DNA of 64,000 nt. Source: Cyanophora paradoxa CCMP329. Lineage: Eukaryota > Plantae > Glaucophyta. The stretch is taken from the NCBI GenBank assembly GCA_004431415.1, contig QPMI01000103.1:124001-188000 (forward strand), given 5' to 3'. Of this stretch, positions 63,150 to 64,000 are shown one piece after another. How positions within the stretch are numbered: position 1 is the stretch's first letter; each line of letters begins with the position of its first letter. The notes beneath the pieces were generated by a model. The model saw nothing but the letters and a program-made list of their open reading frames with translations, had not been told where the DNA came from and ran no database searches. A program made the translations under genes and the position numbers.

Positions 63150-63365
63150 AGCGGAAATCTAGAGGAGACAGCTAGGAAGTACACACGCACGTGCACTGTG
63201 ATTGTATGCAGAACCGCGCAACGAAGAGCAAGGCGTACGCGACGCTCTGCGACGAAGCCGAAATCTAGAGGAGACAGCTAGGGAGAACTGGTTCCCAAGG
63301 CGTACGCGACGCACTGCGAGGAAGCCGAAATTTAGAGGAGACAGCTAGCTATATATATAGGGAGA
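63150..63365. repeat. Three spaced copies of gaaat(c/t)tagaggagacagctag in the element's subterminal region
   Basis: Copies near 63154, 63260 and 63327, each preceded by ggcgtacgcg.cgc.ctgc-like sequence. Confidence 0.75.
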
Positions 63366-64000
63366 ACTGGTTCCATGCAGAACCGCGGAAGGAAGAGCCC
63401 GAAGGTAGTGAAAAATTGGTTTTCCCCTCTCAGAACACTTCTCGCGAGTTCGAGAGAGCTCTCGCGAGCTCGAAAGCTGACCGGTCCACCGAGCCAATCA
63501 GATCGCGAATAACGGCACATTTTCGTTGCAAACTGGACCTCGAAAACGGCCTCATAGAAAACTTTTGGCTGAAGCGAGGGAACGGGAAGCAAGGGGGGGA
63601 AGACCTTCGGTCTTCTTTTCCCCCCTTGCAACTTGGCAGGAATGCCTGCGCCATGGCGGCCCTGGTGGATCCCCGTTGCAATGCTTCCCCACTAAAGGTG
63701 AAGGGTCCCCGGCATGTCGCTCGGACCGCGCGCGGCACTGCGTTTGTTCTGAAGACGTCGGCATCGCAGGGGCCGGACTCACGATCATTGTCGATAGCAC
63801 TGAACTCGTGCGTCTAGATCTATACCTATCTTGGCGCAACCCCGGCCGCACATCCACATTAATGTCTGCTTGCATTTCTGCAGGCCGTCTCTAATGGCGC
63901 TCCCCCGCTTGTCTACGAGCTCGATAGCGATCTCAACAGTGTAAGTTCAGCAAATTAGCTAGCGCTGTTTCCGTATGTTGACTCTGATGGCGTCCAAATT

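Larger units (their letters stand above)
57429..63631 (-). mobile_element. Helentron/Helitron2-like rolling-circle element, internally deleted
   Basis: Empty site visible in the paralog (gtttaacttggcag near 44679-44692). 13-bp asymmetric inverted repeat tgcaaggggggaa (57463-57475) / ttccccccttgca (63618-63630); GC hairpin at 57436-57460 next to CTAG; hairpin at the other end. Encodes C2H2 fingers and CxxC...LCxxC segments. Confidence 0.78.
52103..64000 (+). pseudogene. 5'-truncated duplicate of the sacsin-like gene, interrupted at 57429-63631
   Basis: Near-identical to 39356-45054; lacks the ATPase exons at 37252-39355; a few 1-bp homopolymer indels and substitutions. Confidence 0.85.

Noticed and set aside
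1-64000. tRNA, rRNA and snRNA genes
   Set aside because: None recognised by eye; tRNAscan-SE/Infernal would be needed to exclude them.

Overview
Eukaryotic nuclear DNA from a very GC-rich, intron-dense alga or protist. The intron style is reminiscent of glaucophytes, but the organism is unverified. Genes are split by many 45-90 nt introns, so the six-frame ORFs are mostly exon/intron chimeras, and all gene models here were spliced by hand. 1-22.4 kb is a compact gene block: LRR protein, inositol polyphosphate 5-phosphatase, cNMP-binding protein, coiled-coil protein, GGTase-I beta, RPF1 and an Ala-rich protein, plus one polyA/TSD retroposed insert. 23.65-32.44 kb is an 8.8-kb non-autonomous element with split direct repeats and a shared CGT core (TOC1/PAT/Ngaro-type tyrosine-recombinase retroelement architecture). 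It sits inside an 89-nt host intron and carries an array of hairpin-shaped ~95-bp repeats. An MFSD1-like transporter is head-to-head with a ~12-kb gene encoding a sacsin-type GHKL ATPase, an HExxH metallopeptidase and a UBA domain. The 3' part of that gene is tandemly duplicated (12,747-bp period). The second copy is interrupted by a 6.2-kb Helentron/Helitron2-like element, which contains a triplicated zinc-finger segment and a nested 1.3-kb CACTA element. A TPR-like gene is broken by a second polyA/TSD insert. Two window-wide oddities stand out: patches of DNA saturated with chains of overlapping 4-10 bp palindromes, suggesting a templated micro-insertion process, and frequent GC-AG introns with a GY(G/C)CGC donor consensus.
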